In this document: positions 1 to 9,452 of the stretch, piece by piece | Position numbering within the stretch: position 1 is the first letter of the stretch | Layout of the letters: each line of letters begins with the position of its first letter | Translations under genes and position numbers: made by a program | Notes under the pieces: generated by a model | The model's input: only the letters and a program-made list of their open reading frames with translations | The model's database searches: none | What the model was told of the DNA's origin: nothing | Assembly (NCBI GenBank): GCA_965228875.1 | Contig: OZ245843.1 | Location: 434,001-498,000, forward strand | Length of the DNA stretch: 64,000 nt | Direction: 5' to 3' | From: Thalassobaculaceae bacterium | GTDB lineage: Bacteria > Pseudomonadota > Alphaproteobacteria > Thalassobaculales > Thalassobaculaceae

Positions 1-76
1 GGACCAGCGTCGTCGGTCCGGCCAGATAGAGGTCGGTCAGCCCCTCCCGCCAGGCGCGCGTCGACAGCCGCTTCAT
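1..76 (-). CDS. 5' end of probable carbohydrate ABC permease (runs off the window)
   Basis: ATG at 76 overlaps the TGA of the ABC ATPase (ATGA); reads MKRLSTRAWREGLTDLYLAGPTTLV; product inferred from context. Confidence 0.55.
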   Translation of the reverse strand, partial: MKRLSTRAWREGLTDLYLAGPTTLV

Positions 77-1236
77 CGCGGGCCCCCGGCGGTGACGTCG
101 AGCCGGACGCCCGTGCCGGCATCGAACACATGGAGGTGTTCGGGCCGGCTGGCGAGCGCCACCCGGTCTCCGGCACCGACCGGGCGTTCGCGCTCTCCGT
201 CCTGGGCGTCCTGCAGCACGTCGACCGGGGCATCGAATCCGTCGACGCGCACCGTCACCAGAGTGTCGCGGCCGTGATACTCGAGGCGTTCCACCGTCCC
301 CTCGGCTAATCCTTCGCCGCTTCGCGTGGCGATCCGCAGGTGTTCCGGGCGAATGCCGAGCGCGACGCCGCCGACGTTGCGCTCGACGGCGATGCCGAGG
401 CGGGACATCGGGTGCGTGGCGTCGCCGCCAGGCGCGGGCAGATCGATCAGGTTCATGGGATGGGCGCCGATGAAGGCGGCGACATCGCGGGTCGCCGGCC
501 GCTCGTAGAGGGCGCGGGGCGGGCCGTCCTGGATCACCCGGCCGGCCAGCATCAGCAGGACCCGGTCGGCCATGGTCATCGCCTCGGTCTGATCGTGGGT
601 GACATAGACGAAGGCTTTGCCGGAACGGCGGTGCAGGGCCGAGAGCTCGGCCCGCATCTGGATCCGCAGCTTGGCGTCGAGGTTGGAGAGCGGCTCGTCC
701 AGCAGGAACAGCGCCGGATCGCGCACCAGCGCGCGGCCGACGGCCACCCGCTGCTGCTGGCCGCCGGACAGGGCGCCGGGTTTGCGCTCGAGCAGGCTCT
801 CGATCTCGAGCATCCGGGCGATCGCCGTCACCCGCTCGGCGATCGACGCGCGCTTGGCGCGGACGCCGGGCAGCAGGGTTCCGACGGCGGGAAGCCGCTC
901 GAACGCACCGCACTCGCGCATCACCAGGGGCAGGGCGATGTTCTGGGCGACGGTCAGGTGCGGGTAGAGGGCGTAGGACTGGAACACCATGGCGATGTTC
1001 CGCATCGCCGGCGTGTCGTCGGTGACGTCGCGTCCACCCATGTGCACCGTTCCGGACGTCGGCCTGTCGAGGCCGGCCATGAGCCGCAGCGTCGTCGACT
1101 TGCCGCAGCCCGACGGGCCGAGGATCGCCGTGAACTGCCCGTCGGCCACCGCCAGCGAGAGATCGGTCAGAATCCGGTTGCCACCCAGCGTCTGACTGAC
1201 CTGGCGGAGATCGAGGATGTCGTTTGAGGGTGCCAA
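73..1236 (-). CDS. MalK/UgpC-family ABC ATP-binding protein
   Basis: Walker A GPSGCGKST, VFQSYALYPHL, LSGGQQQR, DEPLSNLDAKLR, TOBE-like C-terminus; TTG start at 1236 after AAAGGG. Confidence 0.92.
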   Translation of the reverse strand: MAPSNDILDLRQVSQTLGGNRILTDLSLAVADGQFTAILGPSGCGKSTTLRLMAGLDRPTSGTVHMGGRDVTDDTPAMRNIAMVFQSYALYPHLTVAQNIALPLVMRECGAFERLPAVGTLLPGVRAKRASIAERVTAIARMLEIESLLERKPGALSGGQQQRVAVGRALVRDPALFLLDEPLSNLDAKLRIQMRAELSALHRRSGKAFVYVTHDQTEAMTMADRVLLMLAGRVIQDGPPRALYERPATRDVAAFIGAHPMNLIDLPAPGGDATHPMSRLGIAVERNVGGVALGIRPEHLRIATRSGEGLAEGTVERLEYHGRDTLVTVRVDGFDAPVDVLQDAQDGERERPVGAGDRVALASRPEHLHVFDAGTGVRLDVTAGGPR

Positions 1237-1314
1237 GTCCGCCCTTTCAGATCGCCCGATTTTGCTCGGGTTTGTGGTTCGTGGATGTAAGTTATCTTCT
1301 GATAACATATCACA

Positions 1315-1332
1315 ATGTAATATTTATGACGC
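1315..1332 (-). promoter_or_regulatory. PHO-box-like site
   Basis: Minus strand GCGTCAT-AAAT-ATTACAT, 11-bp period, upstream of the ABC ATPase. Confidence 0.45.
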
Positions 1333-1354
1333 GTCTTCGATTTCCGGCCGACGA

Positions 1355-2008
1355 TCACCCCGGTGACGGGTGGCCGCCGCCGGAGAGCAGGTGATCGGCG
1401 ACAATGGCCGCCGCCGCGTCCGCATCCGCGGCCTGCACGACGCCTGGCAGTGCCGCCGTGTCAGGAAGGACGACGACGAGGCGTCCGAAGTGCAGGCCGT
1501 AGGCGATTTCCGTCATTGTTCCGGTCGATCCGCCGACGGCGATCAGCGCGGTGGAGGATCGGGCGATCACGACGTTGCGGGCCTCGCGCAGGCCAGTGGC
1601 GATCGGCACCAGGATGTCGGGGTTGGCCGCCTGCCACTCGGAGTCCGGCAGCAGTCCGACGGTCAAGCCTCCAGCCTGTCTGGCCCCGGCGGCTGCAGCG
1701 GCCATGACGCCGGTCTTGCCGCCACACACGGTCGTCAGGCCCATCCGCGCGACGGCGGCGCCCACGGAGAAGGCGGCGGTTTCCTGGGTCTCTGTCGCGT
1801 CGCGCGGACCGATGACGCCGACGGGGAGGGGGCGTAACACGCCGGCGCCCGTCAGCGCACCCAGGGCTGCGGCGGCACCGATCGGACGTGCGTCCTCGGG
1901 GATCGCGGCCGGTGACGCGTTCCAGATCCACTGCCACGGGTCGAACCGCCGGCCGTCTTCGGTGAACAGCGCGCCGTCGCGCTCGGAATACAGAAAGGGG
2001 CCGGCCAT
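1355..2008 (-). CDS. SLOG/LOG-superfamily (TIGR00725-like) protein
   Basis: VGVIG, CGGKTGVM, TVGLLP, ATGL..ARN, GGSTGTMTE motifs. Confidence 0.8.
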   Translation of the reverse strand: MAGPFLYSERDGALFTEDGRRFDPWQWIWNASPAAIPEDARPIGAAAALGALTGAGVLRPLPVGVIGPRDATETQETAAFSVGAAVARMGLTTVCGGKTGVMAAAAAGARQAGGLTVGLLPDSEWQAANPDILVPIATGLREARNVVIARSSTALIAVGGSTGTMTEIAYGLHFGRLVVVLPDTAALPGVVQAADADAAAAIVADHLLSGGGHPSPG

Positions 2009-2062
2009 GGGTGTGCTCCGTCATTGATGTGCTGTAAAGTATCTTACAGTTATCGGCTTCAG

Positions 2063-2080
2063 GTTACGGAAAAATGACAT
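2063..2080 (-). promoter_or_regulatory. PHO-box-like site
   Basis: Minus strand ATGTCAT-TTTT-CCGTAAC versus consensus CTGTCAT-N4-CTGT(C/A)A(C/T). Confidence 0.5.
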
Positions 2081-2841
2081 CGCATGAATTGACCGATCAG
2101 GACACCGCGCCTCGGGAGCCGACTGCCGCCGGACCCACCGATCGGCCGGTGTCGGAGCGCCAGCGCGAGATTCTCGCCCTCGCCGAGGCGCAGGGTTTCG
2201 TGACCATCGAGAATCTTGCCCAGCGTTTCGGGGTCTCGGCCCAGACGGTGCGGCGGGACATCATCGCCCTCGACCAGGCGGGTCTGTTGCAGCGCTTTCA
2301 CGGCGGCGCCGGCAGCAATGAACGGGTCGAGTCCATGCGCCTCGGCCACGCGCACAAGAAGGAGCTCAGTCCGGAGGCTAAGCGTCGGATCGGGGAGCGG
2401 GCGGCGGCGCTGGTGCCGGACGGAGCCACCCTGTTCCTCGATGTCGGTACGACCGTGGAGGCGGCAGCCGAGGCGCTGGATCGCCGCGACGGGCTGCGGA
2501 TCTTCACCAACAACCTGCGTGCGGCGCTGCGCTTCGATCCCGGCCGTCACCAGGTTCACGTGCTTGGTGGCATGCTGACCGGCCGCGACGGCTCGCTGAC
2601 GGGCGGCGGCGTGATCACCGTTCTTTCCGGCCTCAACCTGGACTTCGCGCTGATCGGCTGTTCCGGCATCGAGCCGGGTGGGCGGGTGATGGATTTCGAC
2701 CTCAACAAGATCGAGGTCAAGAAGACCGCGATGCGCATTGCCGGATCGTCGCTGCTTCTCGCGGATTCGTCCAAGTTCGGCCGCAGCGCACTGGCCGAAA
2801 TCGCTGCACGGACGGCTTTCGACGCGGTTATCAGCGAGTAG
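2074..2841 (+). CDS. DeoR/GlpR-family regulator
   Basis: HTH FGVSAQTVRRD..L, RFHGGA, LFLDVGTT, DSSKFGR. Confidence 0.93.
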   Translation: MTSHELTDQDTAPREPTAAGPTDRPVSERQREILALAEAQGFVTIENLAQRFGVSAQTVRRDIIALDQAGLLQRFHGGAGSNERVESMRLGHAHKKELSPEAKRRIGERAAALVPDGATLFLDVGTTVEAAAEALDRRDGLRIFTNNLRAALRFDPGRHQVHVLGGMLTGRDGSLTGGGVITVLSGLNLDFALIGCSGIEPGGRVMDFDLNKIEVKKTAMRIAGSSLLLADSSKFGRSALAEIAARTAFDAVISE

Positions 2842-2966
2842 GCTCTTATCGCCGCTGCCCGAGACGCGAGCCCTGTATCATCCGATTGTAGGGACGCCCT
2901 TCGGACTGTCGCGGGGGGTGCGTCCGTTCTCCGGGGGGGGAAGCGGCAAAACGGTCGGTTGTTGAA

Positions 2967-2992
2967 AAATGAATCGTGGTTCATTATTCATC
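2967..2992. promoter_or_regulatory. Palindromic operator, copy 1
   Basis: ATGAATCGTGGTTCAT; 21/26 identical to 7897-7922. Confidence 0.6.
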
Positions 2993-3034
2993 GGGAAACG
3001 AACGGGCCGTGAGCCAAGAGGGAGTGAGCCAGTC

Positions 3035-4723
3035 ATGAGCGTTGGATCGACACAGGCCGGGACATCGGCAGCCGGATCGCGGGGGGAAGAAAAGCTTGAT
3101 GCGGTCATCATCGGCGCCGGGTTCTCGGGCCTGTATCAGTTGCATCTGCTGCGCGACCGTCTGGGGCTGAACGCCCGCGTCCTGGAGCGGGGCGACGGTG
3201 TCGGCGGCACCTGGTACTGGAACCGCTATCCCGGCGCGCGCTGCGACTCCGAGAGCCATTCCTACAGCTACTACTTCTCCGACGAGCTTCTGAAGGAGTG
3301 GGAGTGGTCGGAGCGCTATCCGCAGCAGCCGGAGATCGTCCGCTACCTAAATTTCGTCGCCGATAAGCTCGACCTGAAGCGTGACATCCGGTTCGAGACG
3401 ACCGTGACCGGTGCCCGCTACGACGCGGCGGCCAATCTTTGGGCCGTGGAAACCGCCGGCGGCGCGACCGTCACCGCGAAGTATCTGATTACCGCCGTCG
3501 GGTGCCTCTCCTCGGCCAACGTGCCGAACATTCCGGGCCTCGACCGGTTCAAGGGGGACTGGTACCACACCGGCACCTGGCCGCATGAGGGTGTCGATTT
3601 CACCGGCAAGCGGGTCGGCCAGATCGGTACAGGGTCCACGGGCATCCAGGCGGTGCCGGTCATCTCGGAAACGGCGGGTCATCTAACGGTGTTTCAGCGC
3701 ACCGCGAACTACAGCATTCCGGCGCAGAACGGGCCGCTCTCGGACGAGTTCAAGCGCTGGGCCCGGGAGAATTCCGACGAAATCCGCCGGACCATGCACA
3801 GTTCGACCAACGGTCATCCCTTCCTGATCGAGGATCGCAAGGTCTTCGACGTCTCGCAGGAGGAGCGGCAGGCGATCTACGACAAGGCGTGGGAGGTCGG
3901 CGGCCTGCGGTTCCGGGCGGTGTTCCAGGACCTGCTGTTCGACAAGGCGGCCAACGACACCGCGGCGGAATTCCTTAAGAGCAAGATCCGCGAGATCGTG
4001 AAGGATCCGGAGACCGCCGAGGCGCTGTCGGACATCGACCACCCGTTCGCCACCAAGCGCCCGCCGATCGATACCGGCTATTTCGAGGCCTACAACCGCG
4101 ACAACGTCAGCCTTGTGAACCTGCGCAAGACGCCGATCGTCGAAATAACGGAGACCGGCATCCGGACGACCGAGGCGGACTACGATCTCGACATCATCGT
4201 CTTCGCGACCGGCTTCGACGCGATGACCGGCTCGTTGCTGAAGCTCGGCATCGTCGGTCGCGACGGTCTGTCGCTGAACGAGGCGTGGGAAGCCGGACCG
4301 CGGACCTATCTCGGCGTTCAGGTGGCCGGATTCCCCAACATGTTCACCATCACCGGCCCCGGCAGTCCCTCGGTCCTGTGCAACATGCCTGTGGCGATCG
4401 AGCAGCATGTGGAATGGGTCACCGACTGCATCGCGCACCTGGAGGAGCGGGGTATCGAGCGGATCGAGCCGACCGAAGAAGCGGTCGCCGGATGGGTCGA
4501 TCACGTCAATGCCATGGCCGATGCCACGCTGCTGCCCCAGGCCGGTCATTCCTGGTATCTCGGGGCCAACGTGCCCGGTAAGCCGCGCGTGTTCATGCCC
4601 TATGCCGGGGGAATGGCGAAGTTTCGCGGCATCTGCGACGAGGTCGCGCGCAACGGCTATGACGGTTTCGTCCTGGGCGGCGATCGTGCCGGTCCTGCCG
4701 CGGCGGAAGCGGTGAGCGCCTGA
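3035..4723 (+). CDS. Type I Baeyer-Villiger monooxygenase
   Basis: GAGFSG, GGTWYWNRYPGARCD, fingerprint FKGDWYHTGTWP, GTGSTG, ATGFD. Confidence 0.95.
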   Translation: MSVGSTQAGTSAAGSRGEEKLDAVIIGAGFSGLYQLHLLRDRLGLNARVLERGDGVGGTWYWNRYPGARCDSESHSYSYYFSDELLKEWEWSERYPQQPEIVRYLNFVADKLDLKRDIRFETTVTGARYDAAANLWAVETAGGATVTAKYLITAVGCLSSANVPNIPGLDRFKGDWYHTGTWPHEGVDFTGKRVGQIGTGSTGIQAVPVISETAGHLTVFQRTANYSIPAQNGPLSDEFKRWARENSDEIRRTMHSSTNGHPFLIEDRKVFDVSQEERQAIYDKAWEVGGLRFRAVFQDLLFDKAANDTAAEFLKSKIREIVKDPETAEALSDIDHPFATKRPPIDTGYFEAYNRDNVSLVNLRKTPIVEITETGIRTTEADYDLDIIVFATGFDAMTGSLLKLGIVGRDGLSLNEAWEAGPRTYLGVQVAGFPNMFTITGPGSPSVLCNMPVAIEQHVEWVTDCIAHLEERGIERIEPTEEAVAGWVDHVNAMADATLLPQAGHSWYLGANVPGKPRVFMPYAGGMAKFRGICDEVARNGYDGFVLGGDRAGPAAAEAVSA

Positions 4724-4804
4724 GAACACGCCCGGGTCCATCGGGCGACCGGGTCGACGGTGGCTGTTCCGCCGTTGACCCGGTTCTCGGTAACAGATTT
4801 AACC

Positions 4805-4816
4805 AATCGATCGATT
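4805..4816. promoter_or_regulatory. Perfect palindrome, probable TetR operator
   Basis: AATCGATCGATT just upstream of tetR and downstream of TTGACC (4775-4780). Confidence 0.55.
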
Positions 4817-4827
4817 AATTATTGAGG

Positions 4828-5496
4828 ATGCCCGTGACGGGAGCGGCGACAAAGCGCAAGGCCGGACGGCCTCAGGGGGCGCCGGACACGCGGGAGCACT
4901 GTCTCCAGGCGGCCGAGCGGCTGTTCGCCGCGCATGGGTTCGCCGCCACCGGCATGCGCCAGATCGGCGGCGCGGCGGGGGTGTCCATCGCGACCCTGAT
5001 CTATCATTTCGGGTCCAAGGAGAAGCTCTACGGCCAGGTCCTGGCGCGGATCGCGGACAGCATCACGCCCTACATGCCGGAGCCCAAGAGGTTCGACAGC
5101 GACATGGAGGCGCTTGCCGCGATGGTCGAGCGGTTCCTCGACTGGTCGCTGGACCACGATGCCTATGCGGCACTGCTGCTCCGCGAACTGATGGAAAACC
5201 CGGCGCGCGCGCGCCGCGCCCGGCGCTGGTACCTGCTTCCGCTCATCGAGGCTTACGCGTCCGCCATCCGCGAGGGACACGCGCGCGGCAGCTTCGGCCC
5301 GTGCGATCCGGAGATGTTCGTCTTCTACCTGATGGGGGCGATCACCCATTTCCGGGCGTCGATGGTGACGATCCAGCAGATGTTGAGGGCCGACACCCAG
5401 GACGAGGTGGTCGACCGGTTCCGCGCGACGCTCCGCGCCAACGTCAGGGCGATGCTGGCGCCGGCGGGTGCCTCGACCCCGGAGGCAGATTTATGA
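4828..5496 (+). CDS. TetR-family regulator
   Basis: AAERLFAAHGF..T..IGGAAGVSIATLIYHFGSKEKLY. Confidence 0.92.
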   Translation: MPVTGAATKRKAGRPQGAPDTREHCLQAAERLFAAHGFAATGMRQIGGAAGVSIATLIYHFGSKEKLYGQVLARIADSITPYMPEPKRFDSDMEALAAMVERFLDWSLDHDAYAALLLRELMENPARARRARRWYLLPLIEAYASAIREGHARGSFGPCDPEMFVFYLMGAITHFRASMVTIQQMLRADTQDEVVDRFRATLRANVRAMLAPAGASTPEADL

Positions 5497-7148
5497 ACCG
5501 CGATGCAGCATCGATCGGAGGGCGCGCGACGATGGCGAGCGGAAGCGTGCCGCCGCCGGAGGTCTGTGTTCTGCGTTACGCCCTGGAGCGCCATGCGGCC
5601 GAACGCGGCGACGACGTCTACGCGGTCTTCGAGGACGGCACCCGATGGAGCTTCGCCGAGACGCTCGACCATGTCCGGGTCACGGCGGCCGGCCTGCAGC
5701 GCCTTGGTGTCGGCCGTGGCGACCATGTACTGGTCATGATGCCGAACGGCGCGCTCGGCCTGCGCATCATGTTCGCCGCCAACTATATCGGCGCGGTCTC
5801 GGTGCCGGTGAATCCGGCCTATCGCGGAACCATCCTGGCGAATGTGATCGCCGACAGCGGCGCGACCGTCGCGATCGTTCACCCGGACAGCCTGGACCGG
5901 GTGCTGGAGGCGCACTCCGGGACACTGACCCGCATCGTGGTCGCCGGCACGCCGCCGGCGAGGCCGGCGCCGGACGGTGCGACCCTCCACGATGTGGCGG
6001 TGCTGCTGGAGGCCGAAGGGAAACCTGAGCCTCCGGTAGCGCCGATCGCCCCCTGGGACACCCAGTCGATCATCTTCACGTCCGGGACGACCGGGCGCTC
6101 GAAGGGCGTGCTGTCGTCCTACGCCCACTGCTACACGGCGATGAACCCGGATACCTGGACCTGCACCCGGGCCGACGATCGCCACCTGCTGCACATGCCC
6201 ATCTTCCATATCGGCGGCGCCTTCATCGCGTCGATGGCGCTTTGTGTTGGGGCGTCGATCGCCGTGGTCGAGCGGTTCCGCACCGATGCGTTCTGGGAGA
6301 CCGTGCGGGCGCTCGACGTGACCTGCGTGTTCCTGCTTGGGGCGATGGCGACCTTCCTGCTGAAACGCAAGCCGACGCCGGACGACCACGATCATGGCCT
6401 GCGCACGGCGATCATCGTACCTCTGGGCCAGGCCGGACCGGAGTTCCGGGCGCGGTTCGGCGTCGATGTCTACACCCTGTTCAACATGACCGAGATCAGC
6501 ACGCCGCTGATCTCCGGCGCCAACCCGGCGAAGGCGAACGTGTGCGGTCGGCCGCGTGCCGGTGTCGACGTTCGGCTCGTGGACGGGAACGATATTCCAG
6601 TGCCCGACGGGACGCCGGGCGAGTTGATCCTGCGTACCGACGACCCGTGGACCCTGAGTCACGGCTACCACGGCAGGGCGGAAGCGACGGCGGCGGCCTG
6701 GCGCAACGGCTGGTTCCACACCGGCGACATGTTCGTGCGCGATGGCGACGGCGACTACCGGTTCGTCGATCGCCTCAAGGATGCGATCCGCCGGCGCGGC
6801 GAGAACATCTCGTCCTACGAGGTCGAGGTCGAGATCCTGGCGCATCCCGACGTCCGCGAGGCGGCTGTGGTCGCGGTGCCGAGCGCCTTCACGGAGGACG
6901 AGGTTCTGGCGGTCCTGGCGCCCGTCACCGGCCGCAGCATCGATCCGGCCGGGCTGGTCGCGTTCCTGGAACCGAGGCTGCCGCCCTTCATGGTCCCGCG
7001 CTACATCCGGATCGTGGACGACCTGCCGAAGACCCCGACCGCCAAGGTCGAGAAACACATCCTGCGTGCGGCCGGCCTGACGCCGGAGTGCTGGGACCGG
7101 GGCGGCGACCGGGATTCGTCGGACAAGCCTGAGGAAACGTCGCCATGA
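5493..7148 (+). CDS. ATP-dependent acyl-CoA ligase (CaiC-like)
   Basis: FTSGTTGRSKG, NMTE, WFHTGD, DRLKDAIRRRGENIS, LPKTPTAK; ATGA overlap with tetR. Confidence 0.92.
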   Translation: MNRDAASIGGRATMASGSVPPPEVCVLRYALERHAAERGDDVYAVFEDGTRWSFAETLDHVRVTAAGLQRLGVGRGDHVLVMMPNGALGLRIMFAANYIGAVSVPVNPAYRGTILANVIADSGATVAIVHPDSLDRVLEAHSGTLTRIVVAGTPPARPAPDGATLHDVAVLLEAEGKPEPPVAPIAPWDTQSIIFTSGTTGRSKGVLSSYAHCYTAMNPDTWTCTRADDRHLLHMPIFHIGGAFIASMALCVGASIAVVERFRTDAFWETVRALDVTCVFLLGAMATFLLKRKPTPDDHDHGLRTAIIVPLGQAGPEFRARFGVDVYTLFNMTEISTPLISGANPAKANVCGRPRAGVDVRLVDGNDIPVPDGTPGELILRTDDPWTLSHGYHGRAEATAAAWRNGWFHTGDMFVRDGDGDYRFVDRLKDAIRRRGENISSYEVEVEILAHPDVREAAVVAVPSAFTEDEVLAVLAPVTGRSIDPAGLVAFLEPRLPPFMVPRYIRIVDDLPKTPTAKVEKHILRAAGLTPECWDRGGDRDSSDKPEETSP

Positions 7149-7780
7149 GCAAGCCCGTCGTCCGGGTCTACACCGACTACAAGAGCCCGTACGCGTTCGT
7201 CGCCGTCCGTCCGACCTATGCTCTCGAGGACCGCTTTGACATCGCATTGGAGTGGCGGCCCTACACCCTGCGGATCGAGGAATATCTCGGATCGGTCGAG
7301 CAGCGGACGGCGCATTCCTGGCGTCGGGTACGCTACTCCTACATGGATGCCCGGCGCTTCGCCAACCGCCAGGGGTTGACCCTCAAGGGCCCGCAGCGGG
7401 TCTACAACGGCTACTATGCGAATGCCGGCATGCTGTTCGCCCAGCGCGCCGGTTTCTTCCGTGCCTACAACGACGCCGTCTTCGAGAGGTTCTGGAACCG
7501 CGACCTCGATATCGACGTTATGACCGAGGTATCGTCGGTCATTGACGGCCTGGGCGGCGATGCGGCGGCGTTCGAGGCCTACGCCGAAGGAGGCGGGCGG
7601 CAGGAGATGGACGCGATCATCGACGAGGCCGAGGCGATGGGTGTGTTCGGCGTGCCGATGTTCGTGTTCGAAGGCGAACTCTTCTGGGGGGGCGACCGCA
7701 TCGACATGCTGTGCGAACGGCTGCGCGAAAGCGGTGTATCCGAGCGTGCGCCAGGCCGAGAGGATGAAGATATGTCCTGA
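7145..7780 (+). CDS. Kappa-class GST / 2-hydroxychromene-2-carboxylate isomerase (DsbA family)
   Basis: DYKSPYAF, GVFGVP, ELFWGGDR. Confidence 0.85.
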   Translation: MSKPVVRVYTDYKSPYAFVAVRPTYALEDRFDIALEWRPYTLRIEEYLGSVEQRTAHSWRRVRYSYMDARRFANRQGLTLKGPQRVYNGYYANAGMLFAQRAGFFRAYNDAVFERFWNRDLDIDVMTEVSSVIDGLGGDAAAFEAYAEGGGRQEMDAIIDEAEAMGVFGVPMFVFEGELFWGGDRIDMLCERLRESGVSERAPGREDEDMS

Positions 7781-7896
7781 TCGGATCTGCCAAGTGTGTT
7801 CAATGAAAAATTGATCCTGAACGCCGCGTTCGATGCGGATCTCGTGGTCGTGGAGCGGAGCCTCCGGGAGCGGCGAATGGTGTCGTGAGAATTTCG

Positions 7897-7922
7897 AAAT
7901 GATTCATGATTCATGATTCATT
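7897..7922. promoter_or_regulatory. Palindromic operator, copy 2; (ATGATTC)x3
   Basis: AAATGATTCATGATTCATGATTCATT upstream of the binding-protein gene. Confidence 0.6.
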
Positions 7923-8038
7923 CATCTTGACAGTCGGATCGCCACGTCACCAGACTTCGGCGATTGAAATGACCCCCAATGAGACGGACCCGCCACGCCG
8001 CAGCGCTTGGCGAGGGCCGCAACCCAGTGAGGAGCGCT

Positions 8039-9319
8039 ATGAAGAAGACGCACACCCGCCCGCGCCGCGGAATGGACCGGCGCACCGTTCTCAAGGGCGC
8101 CGCAGCGGCCGCCGTCGGTACCGCAGTGACCGGGTTCCCGGCCTATCTCAAGGCGGCAGGGGCGCCGATCAAGATCGGCATGCCGACGATCCTGTCCGGT
8201 CGCGTCGCCATTCTCGGCGAGTCCTCGGTGGCCGCGGCCAGCAACGAGATCCGCAAGATCAACGCGGCCGGCGGCATCGATGGCCGCATGCTCGAGCTGG
8301 TGACCCGCGATTCCCGCGCCAAGCCGGACGAGGCGGCGCGCATGACCCGCGACCTGGTCAACAACGAGGGCTGCGAGATCATCATCGACGCCGAGGCGTC
8401 GGGCGCGTCCTTCGCCGTCAACGAGGTGGTGCGGGACATGAAGCAGTTCTGCATCCACACCAATTCGGAGACGTCGTCGCTCACCGCCGATCCGAAGAAC
8501 CAGGTCGAGTGGGTCTTCCGCTCCTGCCGCCAGGGCATCCACGACGCCGTCGGCGGCGGTCTGGTCGCTGCCAAGGTGGCGAAGGAACGTGGTCTGAAGC
8601 GGTGGGCGACCGTGTCGCCGGACTACGCCTACGGCCGTGCCAATACCGCCGAGTTCATGGAGTACGTGAAGCTGTTCGCGCCGGAGACCGAGGTCATCAC
8701 GGAGACCTGGCCGAAGCTGTTCCAGCCGGACTACACCGAGAACGTGACGGCGCTGCTGAACGCCCAGCCGGAGGCGGTCTACTCCTGCCTGTGGGGCGGC
8801 GATCTGGTGGCCTTCTTCGACCAGGCGAGCCTCTACGGCCTGTTCGACCAGTTCACGGCCTTCGCGGTGAACCTGGGCGACTATCCGGTACTGACGGCCA
8901 TCAAGAGCCGGCCGGCCGGCGTGTACTCGGGCAGCCGGTATCACAAGGATATCCCGGACACGGCCGAGAACGAGGCCTGGTACGAGGACTTCATGGCCAA
9001 CTCCAAGGTGCTGCCGACCAACTGGGCCTGGCAGAACGCGGCGGCCGTGCATTTCGTCGTGGAGGCGCTGAAGAAGACCGGCGGCGACACCGACACGATG
9101 AAGATGGCGGAGGCGACGGCCGGCCTGACCATCAACTCGCCGTTCGGCGTCGACGGTACGCTGACCCTGCGCGAGGAGGACCACACGCTGGTCAACTACA
9201 TGGTCGGTTACTCCAAGACCATCGTCGACGAGCCCTACGTGGTCGACTTCGACCAGACCGCGTGGTCGGAGATCTACAAGCACGAGATGGAGTGGAAGAA
9301 GCGCAACGGTTACGTCTGA
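8039..9319 (+). CDS. Liv-type ABC substrate-binding protein, Tat-exported
   Basis: Tat motif MDRRTVLKG; INAAGGIDGR, PDYAYG. Confidence 0.9.
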   Translation: MKKTHTRPRRGMDRRTVLKGAAAAAVGTAVTGFPAYLKAAGAPIKIGMPTILSGRVAILGESSVAAASNEIRKINAAGGIDGRMLELVTRDSRAKPDEAARMTRDLVNNEGCEIIIDAEASGASFAVNEVVRDMKQFCIHTNSETSSLTADPKNQVEWVFRSCRQGIHDAVGGGLVAAKVAKERGLKRWATVSPDYAYGRANTAEFMEYVKLFAPETEVITETWPKLFQPDYTENVTALLNAQPEAVYSCLWGGDLVAFFDQASLYGLFDQFTAFAVNLGDYPVLTAIKSRPAGVYSGSRYHKDIPDTAENEAWYEDFMANSKVLPTNWAWQNAAAVHFVVEALKKTGGDTDTMKMAEATAGLTINSPFGVDGTLTLREEDHTLVNYMVGYSKTIVDEPYVVDFDQTAWSEIYKHEMEWKKRNGYV

Positions 9320-9452
9320 CCTTGGGCTAGGGCGGGACGCGGTTCGCTCCCTGGCCGCCTCCCGCCTTCCTCTCCGATCGGGCGCCGGATCCCCCCTCCG
9401 GCGCCCGCCTGAGCCGGCCATCGCCGGCCGATTTCCCTGCGGTTAGGATCCT

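Noticed and set aside
1355..2008. SLOG gene as part of an anti-phage system
   Set aside because: No TIR, SIR2, nuclease or other effector neighbours; the context is transport and metabolism
2933..2940. G8 tract as a phase-variation switch
   Set aside because: Short, intergenic, in GC-rich DNA, and not clearly within a promoter spacer
9329..9372. GC-rich hairpin after the binding-protein gene as an ncRNA or riboswitch
   Set aside because: No recognisable family motif; typical mRNA-stabilising stem in ABC operons
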